From assembly GCA_035490095.1 (NCBI GenBank), contig DATHHQ010000325.1:1-62759 (forward strand): DNA of 62,759 nucleotides. The letters are read 5' to 3'. This stretch comes from Bradyrhizobium sp. (GTDB taxonomy: Bacteria; Pseudomonadota; Alphaproteobacteria; Rhizobiales; Xanthobacteraceae). Below, piece by piece: positions 47,737-57,776 of the stretch (the stretch's first letter is position 1; each line of letters starts with the position of its first letter). The position numbers and the translations under genes were made by a program. The notes beneath the pieces were generated by a model that worked only from the letters and a program-made list of their open reading frames with translations, did no database searches and was not told the origin of the DNA.

Positions 47737-48735
47737 CTAGGCGACGTTGATCTTTTCAAAGATGCCTTCGGCGCCGATTTCCTTGGCGTAGGTAGCCATC
47801 ACAGGATCGGCGAGCTTCTTCATGGCGTCACGTTCCTCGAACGGTACGCGCTTGAGCTTGCCGGCCTTTTCCAGTGCATCGAGCTTGGTGACTTCCTCAC
47901 TCGACTCGAGCTGCCGGCCGAAATCGCCGGCCTCCTTGCCCGCCTTCATGATTGCGTCCTGCAAGTCCTTGGGCAACGTCTTGAGCGTTTTCACCGAGAA
48001 GCAAATCGGGCGGATCGACACCGCATGCTGCGTCAAGTTGAGGTGCGGCGCGACTTCGTAAAACTTCATCGCCTCGACCCCGGCGGCTTCGTTTTCACCG
48101 GCAGCGATCACGCCATTCTGGATGGCGTTGTAGACCTCGTTATAGGCAATGACCGTCGGGCTCATGCCGGCAGCGGCGAACGTCTTCGACCAGATCGGCG
48201 CGCCCTGCACGCGCACCTTGAGGCCCTTGAGGTCGGCCAGGTTTCGCAGCGGCTTGTTGGCGAATATGTTGCGGATGCCGCCACCGGCGTAGCCGATCAG
48301 GACGACCTCGGCTTTGGCCGCGACTTCATCGGCGATCGGCGCCAGGATGTTCGCTTCGACGACCTTGTTCATGTGCTCGATGCCCTTGAACACAAACGGG
48401 GCATCGATAAACGGCGCCGCCTTGGCGAAGGTCGACATGTGGGCTGGCGAGACGATGCCGTAGTCGACGGCCTTGCCCTGCGACATGTACTCGAAATACT
48501 GCTTCTCGAGACCGAGCGACGAGTTCTTGTGCAGCGTGAAAGCGACGGGCTTGCCGTAATACTTCTGGACCAGCTCTTCGAACCTGACCAATGCCTTGGT
48601 AAAGGCGTGGTCGTCGTTGAACTGCACGGCGCCGTTGAGCGTTATGGTCGTCTGCGCCCTGAGGATCGATGGCATACCGAGCACGCCGGCGGCCGCAGTT
48701 GCACCAAGCCCGGCGAGTACTGATCTTCGCTTCAT
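47737..48735 (-). CDS. dctP: TRAP substrate-binding protein with Tat-like signal
   Basis: MKRRSVL; LADLKGLKVRV; EVYNAIQNGVIAAGEN. Confidence 0.92.
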   Translation of the reverse strand: MKRRSVLAGLGATAAAGVLGMPSILRAQTTITLNGAVQFNDDHAFTKALVRFEELVQKYYGKPVAFTLHKNSSLGLEKQYFEYMSQGKAVDYGIVSPAHMSTFAKAAPFIDAPFVFKGIEHMNKVVEANILAPIADEVAAKAEVVLIGYAGGGIRNIFANKPLRNLADLKGLKVRVQGAPIWSKTFAAAGMSPTVIAYNEVYNAIQNGVIAAGENEAAGVEAMKFYEVAPHLNLTQHAVSIRPICFSVKTLKTLPKDLQDAIMKAGKEAGDFGRQLESSEEVTKLDALEKAGKLKRVPFEERDAMKKLADPVMATYAKEIGAEGIFEKINVA

Positions 48736-48970
48736 GGCGTTCCCTCCTGTGATACCCATCCCTTGTGGCCGGGCTTTCGGGCGTTCGCGACTGATGGCAG
48801 TCGCCCCTGCAGTGCTGCAATCTCCAAGCGTATGCAAAACCGGCTCTCGATGGAAGCCAATTTTGGAAGCGCGACCGAGCAGCGACGATTTGACTACACG
48901 GATTGACTACACGCGGAGCCTCGCGGCAGGCGACTGTCACAGTTCAAAATTATCGGAGCCATGATTGCGG

Positions 48971-50074
48971 CTAATCGTACGACGATGATCCCGTATCACG
49001 GTAGGCCCAGCAACCTTCCCGCGGCAAGGAAACCGGGGTTTCGACCCCGACCTGATGGCGGGCCGCCGTGCCGAGTTCAAGCACTTCCAGCCGGTGCCCA
49101 AACAGATCGATATCGTAAACCGTCTGGGTGCCCTGATAGCGGCGACCGAGGACGCGGGCGTTGAAGGTGTTGCTGCCGTTGCGCTGGCCGAGCGCAATAT
49201 TTTCCGGTCGCAGGGCGATGCGGATTTTTTCTCCCGCTGCGATCGACTGCAACAGCGCCACCTCGACGCGCTGGCCGCTGCCGACGTCGACCAGTCCCGT
49301 CGCTCCGTTGCGCTCGATCAACGTGCCGGCGATCTCATTGGTGGCGCCGGTGAAATTGGCGACGAACAGATCGGCCGGCCGGTTGTAGATCTCGTCCGGG
49401 CTGCCCATCTGCAACAGCTTGCCATCGCGCATCACGCCGATGCGGTCACCAAGCACGACCGCCTCGGCCTGGTCGTGGGTGACGTAAAGCGCGGTCATGC
49501 CGGTCTGCTTGAGGATGACGCGCAGATCGTCGCGCAGCCGCAGACGCAGTTTGGCGTCGAGATTGGACAGGGGTTCGTCGAGCAGCAACAGTTGCGGCCG
49601 GTAGACGATGCTGCGCGCCAGCGCCACGCGCTGCATCTGCCCGCCCGACAACGCCACCACCGGCCGGTCGGCATATTCCGACAGGCCGACCAGCTCCAGC
49701 ACCTCGTCAACTTTGCGGCCGGCGTCGGCGCGCGTGATCTTGCGGTGCTTGAGCGGATAGATCACGTTCTGCCGCACCGTCATATGCGGCCAGACCGCGT
49801 AGGACTGAAACACCATGCCGAGATCGCGCGAGCGCGGCGGCACCAGAATGCCGCGTGCGGGCGACGATACCACGCGGCCGGCGATGCTGATCTCACCTGA
49901 TGTCGGGTGCTCAAGCCCCGCAACGCAGCGCAAGGTCGTGGTCTTGCCGCAGCCCGAAGGCCCCAGCAGGACCACGATCTCTCCGGCCGGCACGGCGAAG
50001 CTTACGCCGTCGATGGCCGGCCGGCCGATCGCAAACTGCTTGCGCAGGTCGGTGACGTCGAGCGGCGCCGTCAT
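48971..50074 (-). CDS. ABC ATP-binding protein, Fe3+/polyamine family
   Basis: [31 protein letters not shown]. Confidence 0.93.
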   Translation of the reverse strand: MTAPLDVTDLRKQFAIGRPAIDGVSFAVPAGEIVVLLGPSGCGKTTTLRCVAGLEHPTSGEISIAGRVVSSPARGILVPPRSRDLGMVFQSYAVWPHMTVRQNVIYPLKHRKITRADAGRKVDEVLELVGLSEYADRPVVALSGGQMQRVALARSIVYRPQLLLLDEPLSNLDAKLRLRLRDDLRVILKQTGMTALYVTHDQAEAVVLGDRIGVMRDGKLLQMGSPDEIYNRPADLFVANFTGATNEIAGTLIERNGATGLVDVGSGQRVEVALLQSIAAGEKIRIALRPENIALGQRNGSNTFNARVLGRRYQGTQTVYDIDLFGHRLEVLELGTAARHQVGVETPVSLPREGCWAYRDTGSSSYD

Positions 50075-50102
50075 GATTTCAAGTGCTTCATGAACGGGTC
50101 GA

Positions 50103-51143
50103 TCACTGCCGGTAGCCGAAGATCTTGTCCCAATCGGCGACCCAGGGCGTGTGCAGCTTCACATAGTCGTCGAACTTGGGCAGCCAGACCTTGACCACCT
50201 TGGGATCGAAGCCTTCCGGATAGACCGGCGCTTCTTTCAACGAGGTGAGGTTGCCAAGCTCCTTGATCATGAAGGTCTGCCCTTCTTTCGACAGGCACCA
50301 GTTGAGGAACAGTTTCGCGGCATTGGGGTGTGCCGCGGTTTTCGGAATTCCCGTTGCATAGGGATTGACCGGCGCGCCCTCGGGCGGGAAGAAAATCTTG
50401 ATCGGCGCGCCGTCTTTCTGTTTCGGATAAATCGCATTGTAGAGCAAGGGGCCCATCGCGATTTCGCCACGCACCAACGAATCCGCCATCGGCGCACCCG
50501 ACGGATAGAGCACCGGATGGGTGGTCGCCTGTTTCGCCCAGTAATCCTCGCCGAGCACCAGGCGCTCGAACATGATCCTGGTCCAGGTGGTGCCGCCGGA
50601 CTGGGCGAACACCTGCCCGGTCATCCGGTCGTATTCGGGCTTGGTCAGATCCATCCAGGTCTTCGGCGGGTCTTTTACCAACTCTGTGTTGTAGGCAATC
50701 GACCAGACCAGGGTGGCGCGCGGCCACAGGTTCGGCGAAATCTGCGCATCGGGATTGTAGTCGGCGGCATTCGGCGGCGCATAATCCTGGAACATGTCGG
50801 CCAGCGGCTGCATCAGCGCGCGGTCGGAATGATCGACCACGTCGGCGATCAGCTTGCCGGCCGCGGCCTCGGTCTTCACGCGGGTGATGAGCTGGCCACC
50901 CGGCGCGCGCACCATCTCGATCTTGATCTCCGGAAAACGCTTGTTGAACGCCTTGATCACCTGCTGTTCGACCTCGGCGAAATTCGCCGTGTAGTAGACC
51001 AGCTTGCCTTCCGCCTTGGCCGCCGCAATCAGTTCGGGTGAGCCGAACTCCTGCTGCGCCAACGCCGGCGTACCGTTCAACGCGATGCCGAGACCGGCGA
51101 TTCCTGCCATGGTGGCTATCCTGGCGAAAACTCTGTTGTTCAT
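50103..51143 (-). CDS. Extracellular solute-binding protein (AfuA-like)
   Basis: AAKAEGKLVYY, AHPNAAKLFLNW. Confidence 0.9.
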   Translation of the reverse strand: MNNRVFARIATMAGIAGLGIALNGTPALAQQEFGSPELIAAAKAEGKLVYYTANFAEVEQQVIKAFNKRFPEIKIEMVRAPGGQLITRVKTEAAAGKLIADVVDHSDRALMQPLADMFQDYAPPNAADYNPDAQISPNLWPRATLVWSIAYNTELVKDPPKTWMDLTKPEYDRMTGQVFAQSGGTTWTRIMFERLVLGEDYWAKQATTHPVLYPSGAPMADSLVRGEIAMGPLLYNAIYPKQKDGAPIKIFFPPEGAPVNPYATGIPKTAAHPNAAKLFLNWCLSKEGQTFMIKELGNLTSLKEAPVYPEGFDPKVVKVWLPKFDDYVKLHTPWVADWDKIFGYRQ

Positions 51144-51167
51144 GGCCAATCCTCCCTTGGTTTTGTT

Positions 51168-52883
51168 TTATCCGGCGCGGGCAACGCTGCCCTGGGCCGC
51201 CCCCCTCGACAGCCAGTTCGCGCCGCCGATCAGGACCCCGAGCAAAACCGTCTGCACCAGACTGAATGCGGCGGTCTTGCCGAGATTTCCGCCTTCGTAG
51301 TAATCGAGCAGCAGCACCGACATCACCATGGTGTTGCTGGTGTAGAGAAACAGCGACGAGCCCAGTTCGCGGATCGCCAGCACGAACAACAGCGTCATCG
51401 AGGCGATCACGCCCGGCCGCGCCAGCGGCAGCACGACGGTTCTGATGGTGCCGAGCATGCCCTTGCCGCAAACCCAGGCCGCCTCCTCAAGCTCGCGATG
51501 GATTTGCAGGAACGAGGTCGACAGCGCCTTGACGGTGTCCGGCATGAAGCGGGCGATGAAGGCGAGCGCGAGAATCCAGATGGTGCCGTAGAGCCCGCCG
51601 GGAATGCCGATCCAGGCCCACAAATAGGCGACGCCCACCACGAGGCCGGGAATCGCCACCGGCAAGGTCGACACCAGATCGATGCTGCGCCGGCCGCCGA
51701 CATTGGTGCGGTGAATGGTGTAGCCGATCGCAAAGGCGAGCGTACCACCGACCACGGCGGTGATGATACCGACCTCGACCGCGTTGTAGATCGATCGCAG
51801 CGTCAGCGGATTGTCGAAGATGCTGTAAAAATGCATCAGCGAATATTGCCGCATGTCGAACAGGCTGGCGGCATCGCGGATGAACATGAATTTCCGGAAC
51901 GCGGCCACGATCAAGGCGAGGCTCGGCAGGATCACGACCACCAGCAGATAAACAATGCCGAGCCCGAAGGTGAACCAGCGCCAATGTCCGAGATCGAGGT
52001 TGCGCGGCCGATACGCCTTGCCGGCGACGGTGGTGTAGCTGCGCCCGCTCAGCACTTTCTGCTGCAGGAACACCAGCGCGCCGGTGACCACCATCAGGAT
52101 GATGGCGACGGCGGCGGCGGTATTGTAGAGCGGCGGCGACCAGTTGGTGAGCTTGAAAATGTAAGTCGTCAGCACGCTGATATTGGTCGGTGCGCCCAAT
52201 ACCGCCGGAATGCCGTAGATGCCGAGCATCACGATGAACGAGAGCAGCATGCCGGAAACGATCGCCGGCATGATCAGCGGGAACGTCACCGAGAACAGCG
52301 TCGCAAACGCGCTGGCGCCGGAAATTTCGGCGGCCTCTTCCAGGCTCGGATCCATATTGCGCAGCGCCGAGGAGGTGAACATGTAAACGTAGGGCGCGTA
52401 ATAGATGCCGAACACGAACACCAATCCCCACAGCGAATAGAAGTCCACGCGCCAGTCGAGACCGGCCCATTTGAATAGGGTGTTGATCAGGCCCGTTTTT
52501 GGCGAACCGAGGATGGTCCATGCCACGCCCGCGACCAGTGGCGGCGCGAACAGCGGCAGGATGCTGGCCGCGGCGATGAAGCCCTTGAACGGCGTGTTGG
52601 TGCGCACCACGATCCACGAAAACGCGAGCCCGATCACGACCGCGATCAAGGTTCCGCCACCGCAGGCGATCAGGGTATTGAACAGCGCCTCGGCGACGTT
52701 CGGGTTGGCCAGCACGACGAGGAAATTGGCGATCGAGAGGTGGCTGAGGCTGAAGCCGTCGACCACCGGATTGGTGTCGGTCAGGGCGCCCAACAGCAGG
52801 GTGAGAAGCGGATAGATGACCAGAAAGGCCAGGATCGCCAGCAACAGCGCAACCCACAAGTGCGCCAATAAGCGCCGACGCAT
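51168..52883 (-). CDS. Fe3+-type ABC permease with two TM modules
   Basis: Two EAA loops: MDPSLEEAAEISGA and IHRELEEAAWVCG. Confidence 0.92.
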   Translation of the reverse strand: MRRRLLAHLWVALLLAILAFLVIYPLLTLLLGALTDTNPVVDGFSLSHLSIANFLVVLANPNVAEALFNTLIACGGGTLIAVVIGLAFSWIVVRTNTPFKGFIAAASILPLFAPPLVAGVAWTILGSPKTGLINTLFKWAGLDWRVDFYSLWGLVFVFGIYYAPYVYMFTSSALRNMDPSLEEAAEISGASAFATLFSVTFPLIMPAIVSGMLLSFIVMLGIYGIPAVLGAPTNISVLTTYIFKLTNWSPPLYNTAAAVAIILMVVTGALVFLQQKVLSGRSYTTVAGKAYRPRNLDLGHWRWFTFGLGIVYLLVVVILPSLALIVAAFRKFMFIRDAASLFDMRQYSLMHFYSIFDNPLTLRSIYNAVEVGIITAVVGGTLAFAIGYTIHRTNVGGRRSIDLVSTLPVAIPGLVVGVAYLWAWIGIPGGLYGTIWILALAFIARFMPDTVKALSTSFLQIHRELEEAAWVCGKGMLGTIRTVVLPLARPGVIASMTLLFVLAIRELGSSLFLYTSNTMVMSVLLLDYYEGGNLGKTAAFSLVQTVLLGVLIGGANWLSRGAAQGSVARAG

Positions 52884-53099
52884 GCCCTCACCGCCGCTGC
52901 GCCTGACCTCGATGCGCCGGCCCACCTGTCCGTCCAAATCGTTCTTCCCCTTGGCCGGCGAGCGGCTATCTTTATTCTTATGCAGCCAAGCCTAGTCGAT
53001 GGCGCGGGCGGCGGGAAGTGGCAGAAAGTCGCTCTCCGGGCGGTAGTCGTCGAGCGCTTGGATGGATTAGCCGGGAAATTGATGGACCGTGAAGTTGAA

Positions 53100-53172
53100 G
53101 GGTCCGCTTTTCGGTGCGTCACGGACTCAGGCCGGACATCGCGGCATGTTCGAAAAGTGCCAGGAACGGAAG
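53100..53172 (+). repeat. GGGTC/GTGCC hairpin element
   Basis: GGGTC at 53100, GTCCG...CGGAC stem, GTGCC at 53157; 53115-53172 matches 53865-53922 at 49 of 58 positions. Confidence 0.8.
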
Positions 53173-53223
53173 CGATCAGCTCGTCGGCGTTTGCAGCGGG
53201 ATGACGCCCAACGATACTGAGCA

Positions 53224-53255
53224 GATCAGGCCGCGCCGCGCGGCGCGCCCTGATC
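53224..53255. terminator. 32-bp near-perfect palindrome downstream of the 53265-53699 gene
   Basis: GATCAGGCCGCGCCGC/GCGGCGCGCCCTGATC with one mismatch. Confidence 0.45.
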
Positions 53256-53264
53256 GCATCACAC

Positions 53265-53699
53265 CTATTTCAAACGTACCGTTACCCCGCCCACTGCAGC
53301 CGACACTTCAGCACCGACCTTTGGGCCGCTGAGCTGCAAGACCACGCCATTGGCATTTTGCAATTGAACGCCTCCAGCCCCAGCCGCAACCGCACCGCCG
53401 GCTCCGATCGCGCTGTAAGTGCCTTCAATCGAAGCCGGCCCTTTCAGATTGAGGGCCCGTCCGACCAGCTTGGTTGTCGAGGCTCCGATCGTGAAGCCGA
53501 CGCTCATGCCCGATGCGGTGAATGGATAGTGTTTGCCTCGTATGGTCAGCACGCCCTCGCCGCCGCCGACCCCGACGATGAACCCGCCTTTCGTGAATAC
53601 GACGGTGACCTGACCGGTTTCGGCCCGCGATGGCGTGCTAAAACCAGCTACGCCTGCGAGCAAGGCAACCAGGGCGACGCTTATGCCAAACTTTTTCAT
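53265..53699 (-). CDS. Secreted Gly-rich beta protein (DUF1134/EipA-like)
   Basis: Signal peptide; GFIVGVGGGEGVL, LQNANGVVLQL. Confidence 0.75.
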   Translation of the reverse strand: MKKFGISVALVALLAGVAGFSTPSRAETGQVTVVFTKGGFIVGVGGGEGVLTIRGKHYPFTASGMSVGFTIGASTTKLVGRALNLKGPASIEGTYSAIGAGGAVAAGAGGVQLQNANGVVLQLSGPKVGAEVSAAVGGVTVRLK

Positions 53700-53838
53700 G
53701 GCTTTCTCCCTCTGAAGAGACGCAATGCGACGTCGACTGTTAGGCAAGGAGCATGGCGAAATACCCAATCACGGCGATCAGAATGCAGGACACGTTGCGT
53801 GTCGGCAAGATGGTTGGCCTTCGCGTTCCCAAAAGAAG

Positions 53839-53922
53839 GGGCCAAAACACCACTGACTCCGCGATGCGTTACGGACTCAGGCCGGACAACGCGATATGTC
53901 CGAAAAGTGCCAAACTCGGAAG
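53839..53922 (+). repeat. GGGTC/GTGCC hairpin element
   Basis: GGGCCAAAA variant at 53839, GTGCC at 53907; paralogous to 53100-53172. Confidence 0.8.
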
Positions 53923-53932
53923 TCGCGACGTT

Positions 53933-54922
53933 TCATTCTATCACCTCGTCGGCGCGGGCGAGCATTATCGGTGGCACGGAGATACCAAGCGCCTTTGCGG
54001 TCTTCAAATTGATCACAAGCTCGTACTTGGTCGGTTGTTCGACCGGCAGGTCGGCAGGCTTGGCACCCTTGAAGATCTTGTCGACGAAAGCGGCGGACCG
54101 ACGATAAAGATCTCGAATGTCGGCCCCGTAGGTCAGAAAGAAGCCCGCCTCCGCCAACTCTCGCTGGAGAGAGGCGGCTGGCAGACGATTTCTTAAAGCC
54201 ATTTCTGCAATCTGGCCGCGATAATTGAACAGCACATTATCTCCCTGCATGACGAACGCCTGCGCGCGCTCCCTCACCATTAATTCAAACGCTTGCTCAA
54301 GTGCGTCCAACCCACGTGCTTCGACGGGAATAGTGGTCAACCCCAGTGCCCGGGCGGTCTCTGTCATCGCCGTCAGCCGGGTTCGATTGTACGCAAAGTC
54401 AGGATTGAACATAATGCCCAGACGCGAGAGGTTCGGCAGCGCTTCCTTTAGCAACTCAAACCGCTTGCCCAAAATCTCGCCGCCCGCATCCGCGGCGAGC
54501 CCGGTAACGTTCCCGCCGGGGCGCGCCAGACTGGCGACAAGCCCGGCGCTGACCGGATCGATACCGGTAGTCATGACGATCGGGATGGTTGTGGTCGCAT
54601 TCATGGCCGCAACCGTGGTCGGATTGCCCCCGGTGGCGAGGATGACGTCCACACCGAGCCGGACCAGGTCTGCGGCAAGCGCGGGCAGCCGTTCCCTCTC
54701 GGCGTTGGCGAAGCGGTACTCGATGACGACATTCTCGCCAACGCGGTAGCCGAGGCTCCGCAGGCCTTCTTCGACGTTAATGACATAGAGCGCGTGCTCC
54801 CGGAACGAGATCGAGAGGAACCCCACCCGGTAGATCCGCCCTGCCGATTGCTGCGCACGCGCGGCCAACGGCCACGTCGCTGCCGTGCCACCAAAAAGCG
54901 TGATGAACTCGCGCCGTTGCAT
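53933..54922 (-). CDS. Orphan ABC substrate-binding protein (ABC_sub_bind, MxRREFI...RADEVIE type)
   Basis: MQRREFIT, GLVASLARPGGNVTG, GAKPADLPVEQPTKYELVINLKTAKALG, RADEVIE. Confidence 0.92.
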   Translation of the reverse strand: MQRREFITLFGGTAATWPLAARAQQSAGRIYRVGFLSISFREHALYVINVEEGLRSLGYRVGENVVIEYRFANAERERLPALAADLVRLGVDVILATGGNPTTVAAMNATTTIPIVMTTGIDPVSAGLVASLARPGGNVTGLAADAGGEILGKRFELLKEALPNLSRLGIMFNPDFAYNRTRLTAMTETARALGLTTIPVEARGLDALEQAFELMVRERAQAFVMQGDNVLFNYRGQIAEMALRNRLPAASLQRELAEAGFFLTYGADIRDLYRRSAAFVDKIFKGAKPADLPVEQPTKYELVINLKTAKALGISVPPIMLARADEVIE

Positions 54923-55029
54923 GTGTCCCTCAAGACCACGTCTCGTCCTGGGCCTAAAGCCTAGCACTTTGCCAATGGGCCGCGAGTGAGAAATGGCACT
55001 CAGCCGGCCTCAGACATTGATCAGGCTCG

Positions 55030-55072
55030 ATGTCTCAGTTGGGTCCATGAGCGGACTCATGGAGTGCAGCAA
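55030..55072 (+). repeat. Single-hairpin GGGTC element
   Basis: ATGTCTCAGTT-GGGTC-CATGAGCGGACTCATGGAGTGCAGCAA; arms resemble 60642-60682, which has a GTGCC loop. Confidence 0.7.
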
Positions 55073-55250
55073 CGTCCAACCACAAAAAATTTGGTCGTGT
55101 CTTTCTTTGGATGTTTCCTGCAAGGCTTCTCTGGCGTTAAAGAGATCATCGAGCCTGAACTCGCTGGCTTCTCCACCTCCTGCGCTCGGGTATTGAGCGT
55201 CCATCAAGGCGCCCGCCGCGCCGCTGCTTCTATGAGATTTGGACAGAAAA

Positions 55251-56327
55251 ATGAGCCGTTTCTGGAGCAGCTTGACGCACGACCTGAGGCCCTACGTACC
55301 AGGCGAACAGCCCCGCATGGTGGAGCTGGTCAAGCTCAACACCAATGAAAGTCCACTTGGTCCTTCCCCACGCGTGTTGGAAGCGATTCGTGGCGAGGCG
55401 ACTGATACGCTGCGTCTATATCCGGACGCACAAGCCACCGCGCTGCGGGCTGCTTTGGCCACCTACCACCAGGTGCGACCCGAACAAGTGTTCGTCGGCA
55501 ACGGCTCGGACGAGGTGCTGGCCCACGTCTTCACCGCTCTGCTGAAGCATGATGCGCCGTTGCTCTTCCCGGACATCACCTACAGTTTCTACCCGGTCTA
55601 CTGCCGCCTGTTCGGCATCGCCTACGAGGCCGTGCCGCTCGATCAGGCCATGCAAATCCGCGTTGCCGACTATCGCCGGCCGGCCGGCGCGCTCATCGTA
55701 CCCAATCCGAATGCGCCAACAGGGGTTGCGCTGTCACGGGCTGAGATCGTTACCCTGCTGGAGGAACATCCTGACGCTCCCGTGGTGATCGACGAGGCCT
55801 ATGTTGATTTCGGCGCCGAGACCGCGATTCCGCTGGTCGCCTCCCACCCGAACCTTTTGGTCGTTCAAACAATGTCCAAGTCCCGGGCCTTGGCCGGGCT
55901 GCGGGTTGGCTATGCGATCGGCGACGCCGACCTGATCGAAGCGCTCACCCGGGTGAAGGACAGCTTCAACTCCTATCCTCTTGGCCGGCCCGCCCAGGCC
56001 GGCGCCATCGCCTCCCTGGCGGACGAAGCCTATTTTCAGCAGAGCCGAACTCGCGTGATCGAAGGCCGGGAGCGGCTAAACCGCGGACTGGTCCGGCTTG
56101 GCTTCGAAGTGCTGCCGTCCTCCGCTAACTTCGTCTTCGCGCGTCATCCGGCTCATGAGGGCGCGGCGCTGACCGCAGCGCTGCGCCAACGGGCGGTGAT
56201 CGTCCGCCATTTTCCCGCTCCTCGCATCTGCGACTATCTGCGGATAACCGTGGGCACAGACGGGCAAATTGACCGGCTATTGTCGGCCCTGTCGGACATC
56301 TTGAGCAGCGAGCCTGCATCTGCCTGA
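55251..56327 (+). CDS. hisC: Histidinol-phosphate aminotransferase
   Basis: [53 protein letters not shown]. Confidence 0.9.
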   Translation: MSRFWSSLTHDLRPYVPGEQPRMVELVKLNTNESPLGPSPRVLEAIRGEATDTLRLYPDAQATALRAALATYHQVRPEQVFVGNGSDEVLAHVFTALLKHDAPLLFPDITYSFYPVYCRLFGIAYEAVPLDQAMQIRVADYRRPAGALIVPNPNAPTGVALSRAEIVTLLEEHPDAPVVIDEAYVDFGAETAIPLVASHPNLLVVQTMSKSRALAGLRVGYAIGDADLIEALTRVKDSFNSYPLGRPAQAGAIASLADEAYFQQSRTRVIEGRERLNRGLVRLGFEVLPSSANFVFARHPAHEGAALTAALRQRAVIVRHFPAPRICDYLRITVGTDGQIDRLLSALSDILSSEPASA

Positions 56328-56492
56328 TTGCTCATCGCCTCGCGTTCCACGCGTGGAACGGCTCCTTCCGGAGACCAAGATGAGGCATTAGTGCAACAAC
56401 TATCGTCCTAAATTCCGGGAGGCACATCGTTAACAAGCTACAGCCTGCTTGTGGAGATATGATCGCATCGATGATTCGAGAAGGAATTTTCG

Positions 56493-56684
56493 ATGTCGAA
56501 GTTTGCGTTTGGCGGGCAAGTCGAAAACGTCGCTGACGATCACGAATCGGGTACGATTATTGCCGTGTTTCCGACCGTTGACGGAGGCTTTAGGGGCGCT
56601 GTCGATACGGACGGTTACGGCGCACTCCAGTTTTTCACCGGGGAGAAACTGGCTTTCACCCTTACGAGACGGAGTGCCGCATGA
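56493..56684 (+). CDS. Small hypothetical protein, 63 aa
   Basis: AGAAGGA RBS, beta-rich sequence, ATGA overlap with the next ORF. Confidence 0.6.
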   Translation: MSKFAFGGQVENVADDHESGTIIAVFPTVDGGFRGAVDTDGYGALQFFTGEKLAFTLTRRSAA

Positions 56685-57727
56685 CCGGCCGCCCAACCAC
56701 GCAAGGGACCTCCGCGATCGAACTGACGGAGGGCGACGGTAGTCCTGTGCGCAGTGGCCATCCGTTTGACGGCTTGGCTAATGCCTCAAATCGCACCCCT
56801 AGATTGGTGGCGACAACCGCCGAAAACATAGGTGTTGAACCATCAGGCAAGGCACCCTTGCCTGCAACGAAACGCAGCCGCGCCTCTCCGGCGCCCAAGC
56901 GCACCAAGGCAACCAAGGCCAATGGCAAGCAAGAAGCGCCCAGCGCGCCGCCGCTGACGGTTTCCGCCGCACCCACCGTGCCGGAGGCCGTTCCGGCCGC
57001 CCCGGAACGCGCCAGCGGCGCCATTGCCCTTGTTGCAGCTCTCGCACTAGCGACGGTTGCGGCCTACTTTTCAGTCACGGGCATGGCTGAAATATTTCCC
57101 GGGGCTCCGGTTGCGGTCATGGTGCTCGCCTCCACGATGGAGGCCGGCAAACTCGTTATAGCCGGATGGCTGGCCGCGCATTGGCGCCGGGTTGGATGGA
57201 AAATGCGCTCGGTCATGGTCGCCCTTGTTGCCGGCCTTGCCCTCATCAATGCCGCCGGTGTGTTCGGCAAGCTGGTCGAGGCGCATGTCAGCGTGGCGGC
57301 CTCGGCGCATTCCAGCGTCGCCGAACGCACTGAAACGCTCGACGCCCGTGTCAGGGCGCAATCGGCGACCATTGCCGACCTGGACAGTCGCGTTGCGCAA
57401 ATCGATCGGGCCGTGGACGAATCGACACGGCGCGGTTGGATGACCAGGGCCATCAGCATAGCAACGCAGCAGCGTGTGACGCGGGATGGACTCGATGCGC
57501 AGCGGCAGGCGGCAACGGCAACGCTGGTTGGATTGCAGGCGCAACGCGCGGCGCTGGTCGGTGAACGTTCCCGCATCGAAGCATCCGCGGGCCCGATCCA
57601 ATATCTCGCGATGATGGTCGGTGCCGCGCCCGAAGCCGCGGTTCGATGGCTGATACTTTTGATGGTGCTCTGCTGCGATCCCGCGGCAATCGCTTTGACC
57701 GTAGCGGCGACTGGTTCGCGGCGCTAA
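56681..57727 (+). CDS. Membrane protein with coiled coil, resembling a phage-associated family
   Basis: 3 TM (VAAYFSVTGM, MEAGKLV, GVFGKL), coiled coil, then GPIQY...AVRW...DP and a final TM; start uncertain. Confidence 0.75.
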   Translation: MTGRPTTQGTSAIELTEGDGSPVRSGHPFDGLANASNRTPRLVATTAENIGVEPSGKAPLPATKRSRASPAPKRTKATKANGKQEAPSAPPLTVSAAPTVPEAVPAAPERASGAIALVAALALATVAAYFSVTGMAEIFPGAPVAVMVLASTMEAGKLVIAGWLAAHWRRVGWKMRSVMVALVAGLALINAAGVFGKLVEAHVSVAASAHSSVAERTETLDARVRAQSATIADLDSRVAQIDRAVDESTRRGWMTRAISIATQQRVTRDGLDAQRQAATATLVGLQAQRAALVGERSRIEASAGPIQYLAMMVGAAPEAAVRWLILLMVLCCDPAAIALTVAATGSRR

Positions 57728-57740
57728 CGAACCCGAGTAA

Positions 57741-57776
57741 GGGCCAACGCAATAGCCAATTCCCAGGAAGCGACAT
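57741..57776 (+). repeat. Degenerate element remnant
   Basis: GGGCCAA...TCCCAGGAAGCGACAT directly abutting the SBP stop, at the position where other copies have GTGCCA plus a right arm. Confidence 0.4.

Noticed and set aside
56343-56360. Perfect palindrome CGTTCCACGCGTGGAACG resembling parS
   Set aside because: It has 2 extra central bases relative to GTTCCACGTGGAAC; more likely a hairpin just after the hisC stop.
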